DNA of 64,000 nucleotides, taken from the NCBI GenBank assembly GCA_036630325.1, contig CP142728.1, positions 496,001-560,000 on the forward strand. Direction: 5' to 3'. The notes under the pieces were generated by a model, which worked only from the letters and a program-made list of their open reading frames with translations, ran no database searches and was not told the DNA's origin. The translations under genes and the position numbers were made by a program. Positions 45,463 to 60,044 of this stretch are shown here, piece after piece. The first letter of the stretch is position 1. Every line of letters starts with the position of its first letter. The DNA comes from Vairimorpha necatrix (lineage: Eukaryota).

Positions 45463-46749
45463 ATGAAGAACTCAGCCCAGAAAAAATTAATTCAACAAAA
45501 GGAAAAGTTTGGTCTTTTAATTACAATTATACAACAAATCTTTATAACCTGCTTATTTAGTAAAATTGTAAATTCGCATGTCAAAATTTTATTCAATCCC
45601 TTCTCGTTAGTTCAAATATTATTTAAAAAGTCTACTTTCATTTTTATGTTATCATTTTTTATTCCTATATTATTGAAATTCTATTCGAGATCAAACCACA
45701 TAAACTTTATGTGTCTTTTATTTGGTTATACATTTTCTTCTTTAATATTTTATATTAATTTCCCAGTCAAGACTAATATATTAGAAATGGCTGATAATAA
45801 TATCGTTTTTATATTTAAAAAGATACTAATTAATCTTAATTTTACCATCACTTGTGTCGTATCACTCATCTCTGGTTTAATTTTATCTTTTGATATCAGA
45901 AACAATATATTGGAATTTGCAGAAATCGAAGGTATATTTAAATATTATGCGCTCAGCACTAAAAGAATGATAAACAGAATCTTGAACATGTGGTTTGTCA
46001 ATTTAATATTTTCTTGTGGCTTCTTAATTTCATATGTCTTATTTATTAGTTTTTTCGTAAATATTTTGCTAATGTTTTTAAGGTGCGATTTGGTTTATAA
46101 TGGCAGAATAATTAATCATATGATATTATTATATATTTCTGTCTTGATACATTTATCTATGACTGAGTTTTTTAATAGACTTCTAATATATAATTTAAGT
46201 ATTAAAGATAAAAAATTTACAAATTTTATAAAAGATAATGATTTAAACTATGTCAGATATGTTTTTTATCGTGTTTCTAACATGTCTTATAAATATAACT
46301 ATCTATTAAACCAAATATGTAGAAATAAACAAGACTTATGTGATCTATTAGAATATGTAGAAAAAGAGTGCGATAATGTCAAAAACATATGTAAAAATAT
46401 ATTAGAAGAATATAAAATACTTGATAATAAGTTATATATGACTGTTCCACAAATAAAACCTAATGGAAGTATGTTAGTTAAAAAATATAAAAATTATAAT
46501 TTTATTGATAAATGGACATCCAAGATTATTTATAAGCTAAAAATATACATGCTAAAAAATGACTTTAATAACAGTATCAAATATATGGAGAATATTAATA
46601 AATATATTAACTTTCTACTTAAGCAAAGAGATCAATTTATGTTACTAGTTGATTTAGATAAAAGATACACATATATTTATAAAGATCTAATTGATGAAAT
46701 CAGACAGGTAGAAGAACAGTGCAACATTGATCTAAAAGTCCTAATCTAA
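45463..46749 (+). CDS. Multi-pass membrane protein, possibly Ndc1-like nucleoporin
   Basis: GCCCATATG start (alternative ATG at 45451). About six hydrophobic segments in the N-terminal half, then a soluble helical C-terminal domain. The CDS is well supported; the Ndc1 identity rests on architecture only. Confidence 0.45.
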   Translation: MKNSAQKKLIQQKEKFGLLITIIQQIFITCLFSKIVNSHVKILFNPFSLVQILFKKSTFIFMLSFFIPILLKFYSRSNHINFMCLLFGYTFSSLIFYINFPVKTNILEMADNNIVFIFKKILINLNFTITCVVSLISGLILSFDIRNNILEFAEIEGIFKYYALSTKRMINRILNMWFVNLIFSCGFLISYVLFISFFVNILLMFLRCDLVYNGRIINHMILLYISVLIHLSMTEFFNRLLIYNLSIKDKKFTNFIKDNDLNYVRYVFYRVSNMSYKYNYLLNQICRNKQDLCDLLEYVEKECDNVKNICKNILEEYKILDNKLYMTVPQIKPNGSMLVKKYKNYNFIDKWTSKIIYKLKIYMLKNDFNNSIKYMENINKYINFLLKQRDQFMLLVDLDKRYTYIYKDLIDEIRQVEEQCNIDLKVLI

Positions 46750-47628
46750 TTAATAAATGTTTAAGTAATACAATATGTATTTATAATTTTCTATATAAAA
46801 AATTTTTAATGCAAAATTTTAAGAAAAAATTATTGTATAAGTACATGTTATAAAAAAATTAAACTCTAATGTATAAATATCGTCGTCAATTGAAGTTAAT
46901 GCATGTTTCTTTTGTCTTTATATTTTTGAATATTTTTTCGTTAAATTTTGTAATATAATTTAGTTAATACATTATTTCTATAATAAATACGTAAATTTTT
47001 GTATATAAATACTATGTAGCAAATTACATTTTATAAATAAGAAATTTTTAAATAAAATACATAAGTCAAGTACAACATAAAAACATTTTTTATCGATCGA
47101 AAGTGAATATTATAGTCATATTTATAAAAATGCTTCGAACAATTTTATGTTTCAAAAAAAACGAATTAATTATATGGGAAATAAATTTCATGATATTCTG
47201 GATGCTAAAATTGAATTTCTTGATAATTTCAAAATTAAAACTCTTCATTTTAAGTTATAAAACGAACATTTATAGATAATAAATATCCATTTTTCTAATA
47301 TATATATGTGTAAAAGGAAGTAAATGGCAATAAAAACTATGTCAGTAATTTTATCGTATCAGGGCGATAAATAAACATAAGAATTTTTCATTAACTTATT
47401 TTATCATAAAAAACACAGCTATAATCCCCTGGTATATTTAATTTTTTTGCTCCTTTATATGTCTGTAAAAGTATTTAATGGTGTATTATAAGGAGAAAAA
47501 AATTAACGATAAAACCAGATAACCTTATAGATCTTTTAGAATTTATCCATCAATTAAATCAAAAAAAAACCGTCAATTTATGTTAAATGATTTTTTTATC
47601 ATAATAAAAAATTTTTATGATTTATCCC

Positions 47629-48827
47629 ATGTTTTTATATATTTTTCTGCTAAAATGTTCAAACGACATATTTAATACATATAATACTAAAATATTTCAA
47701 CAATCACTTAACTATAATCAAATGGATATCAGCACAGAGTTTGATTTTGATACAATTATGGCAGAGAATTATAATGAAAATGAAGAGAATGAGCATGTTG
47801 AGGATATAATGGAATACTATGAAAATCATAAGAGATTAACTATTAACGAAAGTTGCTATTATGAAAACAAAACAACTACAGAAGAATTGCAAATAAAAAA
47901 CTTAGTTAATTCTTTGAAATGCGGAGAGAACTTTCCACAAAACAAAATATCTCAAACAAATGAAAAATTAATGCTTAAAGTTTCTGAGGATATGTCGGAA
48001 ATTTGTAAAAATGAAGAGAATTCTCATCAGGACAGATCTACTTTTATATGCAATAATGAAATTATACAGCAAAATGCAGAGGAAACGGATAATGACAATG
48101 AAAATTTTATAGATAAAAGTATTTTAACAAATGATAAATCTTTTTATGACAACAATTTTCAACAACTTCTTAGGAACGAATGCAATCAAAACAATACAGG
48201 TGAAAAAGATTATAATTCATTACTAGAAAAAAAATAATGGAAATAGAACGAAAATTTAGCGAAATTAAGCAACAAGAACAGGAATATCTATCACGTAATC
48301 TTATACCAACTAGAAATTTAGGTTGTTATTTTTTTAATGCTAATAAGGAAATATTACAAATAAGAAAATCTATTTCTAATTTTAATTCAAGGTACAAAAG
48401 GGATATGATAGAAAAGACAAAATCAATTGTAGAAAAAATCGAAAAAATCAATTTTATTGGTAATTATGGTATTATTGATGCTCTAAAATTTATTGGAGAA
48501 GTAAGCGAATATATCTCACTGAAAAAAATAAACTTACACATAAAGTATGATTTTTTACAGGTAAAATATGATTTGGAGCTATTAAATTGGAAAATTATCA
48601 AAATAACAGATACTATCAATGTGCCAGATTTAATCGAATTAATATATAGGATTTTTTATTACAAATTTGAAAATCACAGACCCGCTATATACGAAATTTT
48701 AAATGACATATATACTCTAGGAAATAAATTAATTGTCTTTTATAATAAAGGCAAAGATAATGCGTGTAAACGTATAAAGAAATTATGTGATTGTATCACA
48801 AAAATGGACAGAAATGCCAATAAATAG
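47629..48827 (+). CDS. Putative secreted protein, family B paralog (frameshift in an A-run near 48230)
   Basis: TCCCATG start; MFLYIFLLKCSN. The two track ORFs align with the N- and C-halves of 26106-27293 (LQVKYDLELLNWKI vs LQLKYLLYLAIWKI). Confidence 0.75.
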
Positions 48828-49360
48828 TTTTTCATCCTTCGTTTCATTTTATTTTAAAGTTTATAATTGCCAATGATTAATCTTTATCGCAATTTTGTTA
48901 AAGGCAATTGTTTATCTATAGAAATTGAAATTTGTTCTAATATTTTATTCCAGCAATGTAGTTGTTCAAATAAATTCTTAGATAATATTTTATATGCACA
49001 AACAAACATTGGTTTTAACAAAATTAGTTAAATATTTGGATATAAATTTTAACTTTATGTCTTCGTTGTAAAAAATTGCATTTTTTTTGTAGACATTACA
49101 ACACTAGTTCAGTCCAGCAATCGTGTAAGCTGAAAACGCCGTCTCGATATTTGTATTCAAACGAAAATTCATCCAAAAGGCCGTAGAAGTATGAAGCTTA
49201 GGAATTTAGTATTAGACGTGGAATGCTTTTATTCTTCGTAAGTTTGGTTTAGTCGCTTTAAAATTGATATCCAATTCTTTTTTGTTGAATGTTTTTGATG
49301 TTGTTATTTTATCAACGCACTTAAATTTCATTTCCATGAATTCTTTTGAATTTAATATTA

Positions 49361-51977
49361 TGTTATATTCTGTAATATGATTGACCCCAATTTATGATAA
49401 ATAAAGACATGGCGAACACAAGAAACAAAAAGTCAGCAAGTGAGGACTGTGGTCAGGTGATCAGAATGATATGGAATGAGTTTAGTATTATTATGTATGG
49501 ATTGAGAGAACAGGAAGGGATTGAATTGAAAGATATTTATAGTTTGGGTTCAGAGGATCTGAGAAATGTAAGATAAAAACACAAGAGGGTGCTAAAGTAG
49601 TGAAGAAAGGACAGTGCATACCTCAAGCATTAATGGAGGATACTGAAAATTTTATTAAAGGACTGGAAAAGAGGAAGGTAATAAGAAGGTCGAATTCTAA
49701 ATGGAGAAATCCAATAAGAGCGTTATGAAAGCCAGATGGCGGAATAAGGCTAGTGAGTAATTTGATGGCCTTGAATGATTTGGTTAAAAAAGATTTTTAT
49801 GAGTTAGTTAATATAAGAGACATAATTAAGAAAACACAGGGTTCAGAATATTTTACGGTAATTGACTTAAAGGAAGGATTTTAAAGTATTGAGATCGACG
49901 AGGCAGATGAACATAAAACTGCATTTAAATTTAATAGAAGGGTTTATGAATGGAATAGTATGGTTATGGGATACAAGAATTCCCCGCAGATTTTACAAAG
50001 AATAATAAATAAATTGTTTGAGAGACACTTGGGAAAAGGAATAGAAGTGTATATGGATGATATTGTTATACATGCAGCGACGAGAGGGAAGCACGATATA
50101 TTGTTAGGAGAAGCACTTAGGAAGTTGGAAGATAATAAGATGAGGATTAATATTAATAAGGTACAGTTATGCTTGAAGGAGGTAAAGCTATTTGGGGTTA
50201 CACTGAATGATTTAGAGATAACACCGTCTGAAATAAAACAAAACGAAGCGTTAGAATTCCCAGAGCCACAAAACGTGTCAGAAGTAAGGAGATTTTTAGG
50301 ATTAACAGGATGTTATAGAAGCTTTATAAAAAATTATGCGAATTTAACGGTACATTTGACCGACAGTTTGAAGGGTAAGAACGAATGGAAATGGACAGAA
50401 AATATGAAAGTTGAATTGTTAAGTTGAAAAGAAAGAGTACAGACAATGGGAAAGTTGAAGATAGTTAATTATGAAAAGGAGTTTTTATTGAGAACAGATG
50501 CGTCAGACATAGGAACGGGCGCGGTATTAATGCAAAAGAATGACGAAGAATAGTGGGTGCCGGTACATTGGGCTTTGTAAAAGTTTACTCCCACGGAATC
50601 AAGATACGGAATAAGCGAGAAAGAGATGTATGCGGTCTACTGGGGAATCAAAAAGTTCGAATATGAATTAAAAGGTCGTAAATTTAAAGTTGAAACAGAC
50701 CATAAAGCTTTGATAGAAATCAGGAGAAAGCCACGATTCGATATAATAGGATTAATAGGTGGATAGAAAAGATTTAAGAGTTCGATTTTTACAATTGAGT
50801 ACATGAAGCTAGATATAATGGTAGTGGCCGATGCGTTAAGTAGAGCGCCTGTTGAAGAGACTGAGAAAGAGGAAATATAAAGAAAAGAACAGTGAAACAA
50901 ATTGAAGGAAAAGAGAAGAAACATACAGTATATGAAGATGGAAAGGAATACTGGGTCTTTGATAGTGGTATAAGAGCAGAGATACCAAAGGAGGAAAATA
51001 GGGCAAAGTTAATAATGGAATATCACGAAAATGGAGGTCATCGTAGTGTTGGAAGTGTTTATTATGCGATGAAGAAGCTTTACTATTGGTTAGGGATGAA
51101 GTCAGAGATTTATAATGAGTTATTGAAGTGTGAAAGATGCCAAATTTATGATAGGAAGAAGTCGGGCGGATGTGATTTTATTAGTACCAGTAGATATTTA
51201 GAGAAAGTAGCTTTTGATTTGATTGAATTTCGCGACGAATGTAGGTACGTTTTGATTGGTGTTGATTACCATACTAGACTGATTTGGGGAATGAGCATGA
51301 AGGAAAAAAAGTCTCAGAATGTTGCTTGGTTTATAGAAAGTTTATGTAGGAACGGAAACCGACCAGAGGAAATAATAACCGATATTGGCAAGGAATTTGT
51401 TAACGAGGATCTTAGAATATTATGTAGAAGATTAGATATTGCTCACAGGAAGATAAGCATAGAAAGCCACCGTAGTAATGGACGTGTAGAGAGAGTAATA
51501 GGAACATTGAGAGAAGCTATTTTGAAAATCAAAGGCGATGATTTTGACGATAAGGTTATGAGAGCGATTGATTTGTATAAAAATAGTTATCACAGTGGGA
51601 TAGATTGTACACCTAAAGAGGCAATTATAGATACTAGTGGAAAAGTTATGATAGAAAATGATCCTGAAGGAAGATACAGTAAGAAGTTTGTTAAATGGAA
51701 GAGAGAAAGGTTTTACGGGAATCAGCAAGTACGAGTAGCGAAAAAAGAAAATTTGAAGGGATGTACTAAATATGAAAAAGGACGATTTCTGGAGAGGGGG
51801 AAAATTTACGCGATTTGTGGAGGAGATTCTTATATTGTACGATTGGAAACAGGACGGCTGGTGAAGAAAAGACATTATGATTTAAAGGGGGGTTGAGTAA
51901 GTATGAGATTAACCGTCTTGGAGGGGGATGTTATATTTTGTGATATGATTGGCCCCAATTTATGATAAATAAAGACA
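49361..51977 (+). mobile_element. Ty3/gypsy LTR retrotransposon 2 with 49-bp LTRs (gag internally deleted, degenerate)
   Basis: LTRs 49361-49409 and 51929-51977 (3 mismatches). TSD TATTA. PBS-like TGGCG. PPT GGAGGGGGA. YMDD, LRTDAS and integrase SNGRVER. Several stops. Confidence 0.93.
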
Positions 51978-52265
51978 TATTATGTTTTTTGTGACGATTG
52001 AAATAGAAGCGTATCAATATAATTATGTTTAAGCTTTGATTGAATATTTTTAATTGCAAACAAAGGCTTATGTGCTTAAGAAAAACAGTTAATTTTGTAA
52101 TTGCCTTATAATCAATGTATTTGTATGATCTTACCTTTCGCTTTTAGATCCCGTTATTATTTACCTTATTTAGTCCCATTGAAAATAAGGTTTCTACTTT
52201 ACATGAAATGTCTTAAAGAATATCTTGGCTTATTGATAAAACAGGTATAAACATATAGCGCATGA

Positions 52266-53054
52266 GGTGCCCTTAGCCCAGTGGTAGAATGCTATGCTTC
52301 CATTGAGCAATGGCTGGGTTCGATTCCCAGGGGCACCAAAATTGTTTCCACTTTCTATGATGCAGTTGGAACAACTCAGATGATGAAAATGTCCACGATA
52401 ATCATTAAGTTGATATAATGAAACTTGTGTGTGTCCAGCCACAAGGGGGTTAGCATCTAGTGTAGAAACGCACCTCAAGGCCAAAAAGCAGTATCGCCCT
52501 TTGGTGACTTAATGATACATAAAAGTATCTAATGGGTATGGCCTAGTTGGAGCCCATGGCTGGTGCACTCTAGAGTGGGATTCTAGAGCTAACTAGAGAC
52601 TAGACGAAGTAGGGCAATAGAAGGTCTCGTTGACCCTATCCTACAAGATTCTGTAACGCGGTGGCCGAAACTAGTGGGATACTGGTGGTCAACGCAGCCC
52701 ATTAAAAACGGCAGGCTGAGGATGTGGTCGTGTAAGGAGCCGTGTGTGCAATACAGATGATTGTAGGGACCTTTGAGTCAGTACGATGATGTCTCTCCTC
52801 GGGTTATAGATAACCATGCCCGTTAAGTATATCCGCTGTGAGGTCACTCTGGACGCGATTTGGGGTATAAATGGAAAGTGTTCTCCTGGAGCCAAAGTCC
52901 AATGGATACGGCGGAGCTTGCTGCACCGGCAAGTTGTATGGAGGGAGTTTCAGTGAGTAAGAATCTCACAGTACCAGTTGGATGAGGATCACACCCAAAT
53001 CCCTTTGGTCCCTATGTAAGGTTTCTCCCTACCTCTTACTTGCAAGAAAAAAAA
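52266..53054 (+). mobile_element. tRNA-derived SINE, young copy 2
   Basis: A-box TAGCCCAGTGG, B-box GGTTCGATTCC, A-tail. 17-bp TSD AAACATATAGCGCATGA (52249-52265, 53053-53069). Confidence 0.92.
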
Positions 53055-53799
53055 ACATATAGCGCATGAGATCATAATTTAAAAATTGATGCGACGTGTA
53101 AAATCTTCAGGTATATATTTTTACATTTATTTTTAAAGGTACAATGATTTTTGATATTCCAATACTGTAAAGTAAAAAATTTTGATTAATGAAATAGAAT
53201 ACATGAAAATACGAATAGTATAATAGTATCATGTGTAGTGATTGCATACAAATTTTTTTTTAATATTGTATCATAAAGGAAGATTAAAAGCCCCAATGAA
53301 AGTATACTAATATCACTAAGGAAGAATATTAAAATAAAATGTATATTTTATGAAATAGTACCGATGTTGATGTCTACGCCTACACTGTCACGAGAGTGAT
53401 TATACATCCAAGCAGGAAAGGTTCTGACTCCTATCTGGCAATTCAATTTTTCTAAAGTTGTATTTATACCTGAGAATTATAGAACAAGAAATGTTCAAAG
53501 ATCTAATTACTTTTGTAAAACAACACCTCATAATAGGCGCTTTATTAACTTTGGTTTATTTGTTATTGTTTTTAAGGTATTATTATAGCATATTTAGTCA
53601 ATGATCTAATGCCAATAGTTATACATTTGTGATACTTTAAATTATATGGTTCAAATTCCTTATATGTCTTCCTAAAACGTGCTAGTTTTACGCGATATTA
53701 AATGTAAATGATAGAAAAATGGTTACTTGAGTTAATTTTTCGTTTGTTCTAGATTTTTGTTCACAATTTTCGTGGTACGCACATGGATTTCAGCTCTTA

Positions 53800-54630
53800 A
53801 ATGACTATGGATTCTGTGGAATTATTTTCGTCGGTCAACTTCGGGGGTTCAGCTTTATTCTCCATCAACAACAACATTTCTTAAACAGTCGCCATATTTG
53901 CTAGTGTGCTTACTGGTCTAGCCCTTCTTTATCGCCTGAGTCTTCTTGATCGTATCCTCGTCGTCGTTACAAAGAGAGAAACTCAGTAATCTTCTTCAAC
54001 ACAGAGGGCTGAATTTCCAGCTCCCTAATGTACTTTCTGTGATATTTGGTCACCATCCCACCCATGTCATTACATAAGGAACTAATCTTGTCATAGATTT
54101 ATGTATTGGTCCCAGTTTATTTGCAAAAGGGTCATGTTTTCTTAGTTTTTCATTTTTGACTATATTAAGTCGATCCTGGGGGTTATATCAACTTTAACTA
54201 TTAAAATTATTTCCTCCTTCTTAACAAACAATAAAATATCAGGCTTATTATGTTAACCTCTATATATGTAAATATCCTCGTAGCTACTCTACTTTCCTTT
54301 TGATCATTCTCCGTGATCTCTTGTACTAAGTGCCCACGTATTTTCTTTATCTTCTTAAACCAATATTTAATAAATAGTAAAAGATAGATGCATCTAACTA
54401 CCTCGTTGTGTCTTCTCATATAATCAAAATCAATATTCAATCACATTTGGTAGCATAATGATCCATGGTATTCCTGTGAGATCCACAATTCGGACATTGT
54501 GACTCTTGTCCCCAGAAAATATTTCTATCTGTAGAAAGCAGTAAAATACTTCTGATCTCTCCTGATTGTTTCCTTTGACCGACCAGGGTGAAGAGTCCTT
54601 AATGCTTACTAAATTATAATTCAAGCTTAA
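53800..54630 (-). pseudogene. 3' fragment of a REL-endonuclease non-LTR retrotransposon
   Basis: SSPWSVKGN, CPNC...DHYATKC, DYMRRHNEVVRCI, KPD and LVPYVMT. Confidence 0.8.
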
Positions 54631-56706
54631 AACAACTTTGATAATACTAAAAATATATCTTTTGTAAAAGGTTATTTTCTTTCTTATCTAGTCTACGTAA
54701 AGACCTATAATGCTGAATACTTGATAGATTTTTTCAAATTTAAACAACAGATTTAAGAATTAAATATCTACCGCAAAAATAAAATTCTTTTATGAATATT
54801 AAACTAGTGATAAATTGATAAAAGGGAATTTTTTCGTTACATTTATATAAATTTCTAAGGTCTACATTGTACAAAAAAAATATTTGTTAGTAACAATTGA
54901 ATATTGTAAATGTCAAAAATATTTACAAATACTACAATATATTACCAATGTAGATCAATGCTTTGTAAATAAACCAAAAATATATGTTGAAATCTAATAT
55001 GATGCAGCACATACATTGAAATTCCTTTATAAATATGATTTTATTGCTACATAAAAATTAAAAAAAATTACAAAATTAATTATATAAAAGTAAAAAAAAT
55101 GAATAATCGAATAGATCACAACAAGAATGTAAAGTGATGCATACCTAAAATATCAAAATTGCATATAAAGACCTACAAGTAAAGTATATCAAGAATAAAT
55201 ATCAAAATCAAAGATATATGTAAAAAAAAAGAAAAATACTTGTTATTACAATCGAAATCGAATAATCTAGTACTTGTCAGACATATACACAAATCTGAAA
55301 TTGATTACATGCTTGGGTATGTTTAAATTAATGGGCGAAACCTGCGCAAACTGAATTATATAACAGCATAATTTCAATAATTTGCATAAGATATGCTATT
55401 AAGATTGCCAAGGCTGAAAGGGCATTAGAAAGATAGGCACAATTGACAAAAAAATGTAATACTAAGCCATAAACTGTAGTTTTTATTATGTATTTATATC
55501 TTTATAATATGATTATAGATACACCTGCTATGATCAAGCGAAATGGCATATTATACAATATAATATTAAAAAGGCAGTCCACTGTTGATGAAGAGACAAT
55601 AAATAAAAGCCTTTATGTTTAGATCTTCTAAAAAAAAATCATTTAGAAATCAAATAGGTAAGCAAAACAACACAATATCTTGTACAATAAAAGGCAAACA
55701 ATAAATTGTAAAAATGTACTTGTACAGCCCCATGAAACATCTCCTAAATATATTTATTACATAAAAAAGATTTTTTAATTATATATAATTAAACAATAAA
55801 GTAATGGGGAAGATTGGGGATGTCAAATATAATTGAATGATCTCTGCTTATAAATGGATTATACTTAAATAAGCCACGACACTCCATCTCCTCAAAAGTT
55901 GTTTACTAATTTTTTAAACAGTGTTAACTGTTATCTCGAGTACCTGTTACGAATCCTTTCTTACTCTCTCTTCAACGAAATTTACTTACAAAGTTTAAAG
56001 GTAAGAATTTTATCAATATGGTTAATGCACTGTGTTACGTCTCTTGGCAACTCAGAATGTTTTGAGTCAAAAATAGTATAAAACTTATAGGCATAAAAAA
56101 TAATAGAAACTTCTGCCGATTATCTGAATAAGATTATTTGGAGTAATTTCAGAGCAATTAATGACTAAATATAAATTAAAACATATCTAAGCTTCGAGTC
56201 CGCCCAAAATATAGAAAATATCAACGTAGTAAGTATAAAGAGACCCATAGAAGCCATTTTAAACTATGAAGATAGATATTTTTAAAACGAATATCGCAAC
56301 AGCAAAATACTGTTGGTCTCTAAAAAAAAACTAAAAAACTTTTATTATGATTAAAGAAAAGCCTCCCAGCAAATAAAAACTTCAACAGCCAATAACTTGT
56401 GATACACACCAGCATACCATAAAGGTCTTACTTGCAGGAGAAAAACTATCTCTTGGGATTAGAACCACAAACATTCCTGTCTGTGACCTGCGTTGAGCAG
56501 AGTTCTAAGAGAATAACACGTCTGGCCCACTCGTCATTTTAGTTCCTACCTAGTTCAACGTAAATGCTACGGCATCGGCAGCTTGCCATACTGTTGGTCC
56601 CTGGTAAAATATAGCATGAAATAAAAATGATATTATTTACAACATAAAAAACGGGCGTATAATATTTAAGAAGAATCTTTTTTAATAATAAAATATTTAT
56701 TAGTCT

Positions 56707-58164
56707 TTATTTTCTCAAATATAAACATTCAAGTATGTTTTTTAGATTGTTACAAGTATTAAATTCTATTTTATCGACTGGCTGATATTTCTTTAAAATT
56801 TCTTCTATTGTTGACTTACTTGGAATGTAAAATGTATCATTTTTCTGGTAAAAAATTTTCAAATTTACCAGTATAAACTCTCCCCCATTTAATGTTCCAA
56901 TCTTTTGCTTCATTGGAGACAAAATAATTTTTCTTTTTAATTCGTCAATTAGATGAGAATCTCCATCTCCTCTAACTTCTAAATTAAAATTTCTGTTACG
57001 CTCCAACAAACTATTTTCTAGTTCTTTAAGCTTTTTTAGCTCATTAATTAAATTGGCCTTGAATTTTTTAGTCGCCATATTACATTTAATTAAAAATAAA
57101 GTTAAAAAAACTCTCAACACAAACGTCTCATTTGGGTTGAAAGGACTCTTTTTATTAAGAGCATTGTAAAAGCTTAAAATTTTCTTATTTTTTGTTATTT
57201 TATATATATCGAGTAAAAAACTTCTAGTTTTTAATTTCCACCCTCTCAAACCCACTTCATTTCCGACAATTACCTCATTACTCAAGATATTGACATTTAT
57301 ATTATCTATCAAATTCTTGTTTACCGTGATAATACCAGATAAACCTATATTGTTTTTTTCTTCATAGAGATTATCTATGAGGATTCCATGAATAATACCT
57401 ATAATTTCTGAATCATAGGCATATTCTTTGTATAATTTTATTAGCTTAACTATTGAAGTGTTTAATAAAATTTTATTGTTGTAGAAGTTTGTAATATGCG
57501 AATAAACTGTTATTATCGCATTAACAATCTTAAATTCCAAATTTTCTGCTTTAAATATTTCTGAAGAGGGGACAAATGAAGTAATATCCAAAAAATGTAC
57601 TTCAGCATCTTCTATATATTCATTAATTATTTTATCCCCTCTTTTTTCATCTTCAATTATATTATAAATTTTTTTTTTCTCATCGATTAATTCTTTTGCT
57701 TCATCATTTGTCGCCTTTTCTTTATTTATATTAAAAAGTTCTATGTTTGTTGTTTTTATTTTGTCATCTTTTTTCTTTAAAAAATTTAAGTATTTAATTA
57801 TACTTTTTTTTTCATGACAGAATTCATAAATATTTTTTCTTAAGAGGCGCACCCCAAATGGACTTTCATAAGTTATAAAATATAAAGTTTCAACGATTTC
57901 TTTGATATTAAATTTGTTTTTTCTCGTAAGATCATTATAATCACATTTATTTATTCTAAAATCATTCTTCGTTAGTATATAAAATTTACCTTTGAAAATT
58001 TTTACCACTAGCCCCTCTTGAAGATTTACTAAAACTTCTTCCTTTAGTAAAAATTTATCTTGTAAGAATAAAAATATTTCTCTAGCCATCTCGTCGATTT
58101 CTTTTTTGACATTTTTGCAAAAAAATTTAAATATATAATATCTTATAGCATAATCTTTAATCAT
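56707..58164 (-). CDS. Hypothetical protein (~485 aa)
   Basis: Long ORF; ATG at 58164 follows GCCCTTC. No motif recognised. Confidence 0.75.
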   Translation of the reverse strand: MIKDYAIRYYIFKFFCKNVKKEIDEMAREIFLFLQDKFLLKEEVLVNLQEGLVVKIFKGKFYILTKNDFRINKCDYNDLTRKNKFNIKEIVETLYFITYESPFGVRLLRKNIYEFCHEKKSIIKYLNFLKKKDDKIKTTNIELFNINKEKATNDEAKELIDEKKKIYNIIEDEKRGDKIINEYIEDAEVHFLDITSFVPSSEIFKAENLEFKIVNAIITVYSHITNFYNNKILLNTSIVKLIKLYKEYAYDSEIIGIIHGILIDNLYEEKNNIGLSGIITVNKNLIDNINVNILSNEVIVGNEVGLRGWKLKTRSFLLDIYKITKNKKILSFYNALNKKSPFNPNETFVLRVFLTLFLIKCNMATKKFKANLINELKKLKELENSLLERNRNFNLEVRGDGDSHLIDELKRKIILSPMKQKIGTLNGGEFILVNLKIFYQKNDTFYIPSKSTIEEILKKYQPVDKIEFNTCNNLKNILECLYLRK

Positions 58165-60044
58165 GAAGGGCAATTTAAAAAATTATTTATTTATACAAAC
58201 AAAATTAATTAATGAGTAATATTTACAAAAATTTGTCAACATATAAACTATAAACAAATCAAAAATAAACAAAAAACAATAAAAGAAAGTGTTTACTTTT
58301 TAGAATATTTTTTGTTTATATTTTCATTCCAGAATAAATTTGACATCTAAAAACCATTATTCATAGATAAAAAAATTTACAGCTAAAACAAGTAAATTTA
58401 AAAAATAAGCGACCATTGTGTTAATATATGTATTATACAAATATAAGGAATTAATTTGAAATGTATGAATTTTTTAAAAAATAATATTATTTTGTTGGAG
58501 TATAAGACAATGATAAATATTCTAAAATAAGAAAATTTGATTATTATGTATATTTTTAATGTATATTAATTATCGTTCTAAATGAAAAATTTAATAATTG
58601 ATAGCTGACAATCGAAAAATAAACAAATTTTTTTCTTAGTATTATTCATGTGAAATTTATAAAAACCAAGTTAGCTAATTTTTTGCAGCCACTAAAACAT
58701 TGAAAAACTACATTGACATCTTTCAAAAACCAAAACAGCGTGACGTTTATTGTTCAAATTAATTAATTTTTGCATTTCCAGTTAGATGTCTAAAAAATGA
58801 AATGAAAATTTTTTATGGTAAAGATAATGAATCGTTTAATTGATATAAATTAAATCGAATAACAGTTTAAATAAACGTATAGATAGCTTTACTTCATTAT
58901 GCAGAATGCATATTATATCTTACATGCATATGTATTCATTATATTATAGAATAGTTGTTGGTGCGATAATTTTTTCTTAGAAGAGATAAAGTAATTAAAA
59001 TTTGACTTTATAAATTTCAGTAATTAGAAATTTTTATCTGCTTGAGAAGTTTAGATTCTCAATTTAAAAATTTTCGGATTTTTTGTAACAAAATACCACA
59101 AAAAGCTTCGTTTTGTTTTAAATACAATTCATTGTGTTGATTTCAGATTTTAATAGGCGGTGAAAAGATTCTACCAAGAAAGAGACGAAGCGGATTTTAG
59201 ACATTTATGTATAAATCTAATGATTTAGATTCATCAAACAACGATATTTTTCAGGTGGCACACTGTCCACTTGGTTTTTAGAATTGTATCTGAGCAAGAT
59301 TGCAAAATGCCACACTTTTCCCCGTCCTTGAGCAGATCAACACCAACAAGATACTTAAATAGGTCCATAATGTTCTTCAATCATTTGATGACACAAAGAG
59401 CCAATCTATATTTAGCTAACTGGTAAAAATATTTTTACATTTTTAACTCAAAAATTTTTAAACATATCGTATTGGTACAATTAATGCATATTATTAATTT
59501 TAAAGTGCAGATTTATTGGATCATATATTTTTGCGCGTTCTAGATTTCGATTAACACGAAGTTTTCTTCTTTTTATATCTATTCTAGTTTTGAAATCATC
59601 GTAAGATTTATTTTTAACTTTTCATATGAAACAATTAAATTACATCAGTGACACACTAAATTGTTTGTTTGAAATGTTTAATGTAGAAAAAATGTACATT
59701 ATTGAATCATCTACAGAAGAAGTTTTAAAAATCTCATACATATTCTTCGTCGTACCAACTAGTATTTCTTTGTCTTATCTGACTGTAAAAATGCTTACGA
59801 TATAACTGTCCAAATTATTGTTTTATGATATTTATTATGACAAGTTTTATATTTTGACTTTACTATTTTGATTGTTATAGGCTATATGGCAATTGTTAAA
59901 ATAAAATTTTTTTTTACATATTTAATTTTGACAAATTTTTTCATTCAAATTAAAAATTAGATATTTTTTAACAAATTTTATGATTTTTTTTTAAAATGTT
60001 AAATATTTTTTTATATGAGATAAAAACACAAAATTAATTTATTT

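Noticed and set aside
52598-52680. Hammerhead ribozyme in the SINE body (CTAGACGAAG...CCGAAAC)
   Set aside because: No canonical CUGANGA core with correctly placed stems could be built by eye; an Infernal search is needed.
54700-56620. Possible additional old retroelement debris
   Set aside because: Only isolated weak motif fragments; no consistent domain order could be established.
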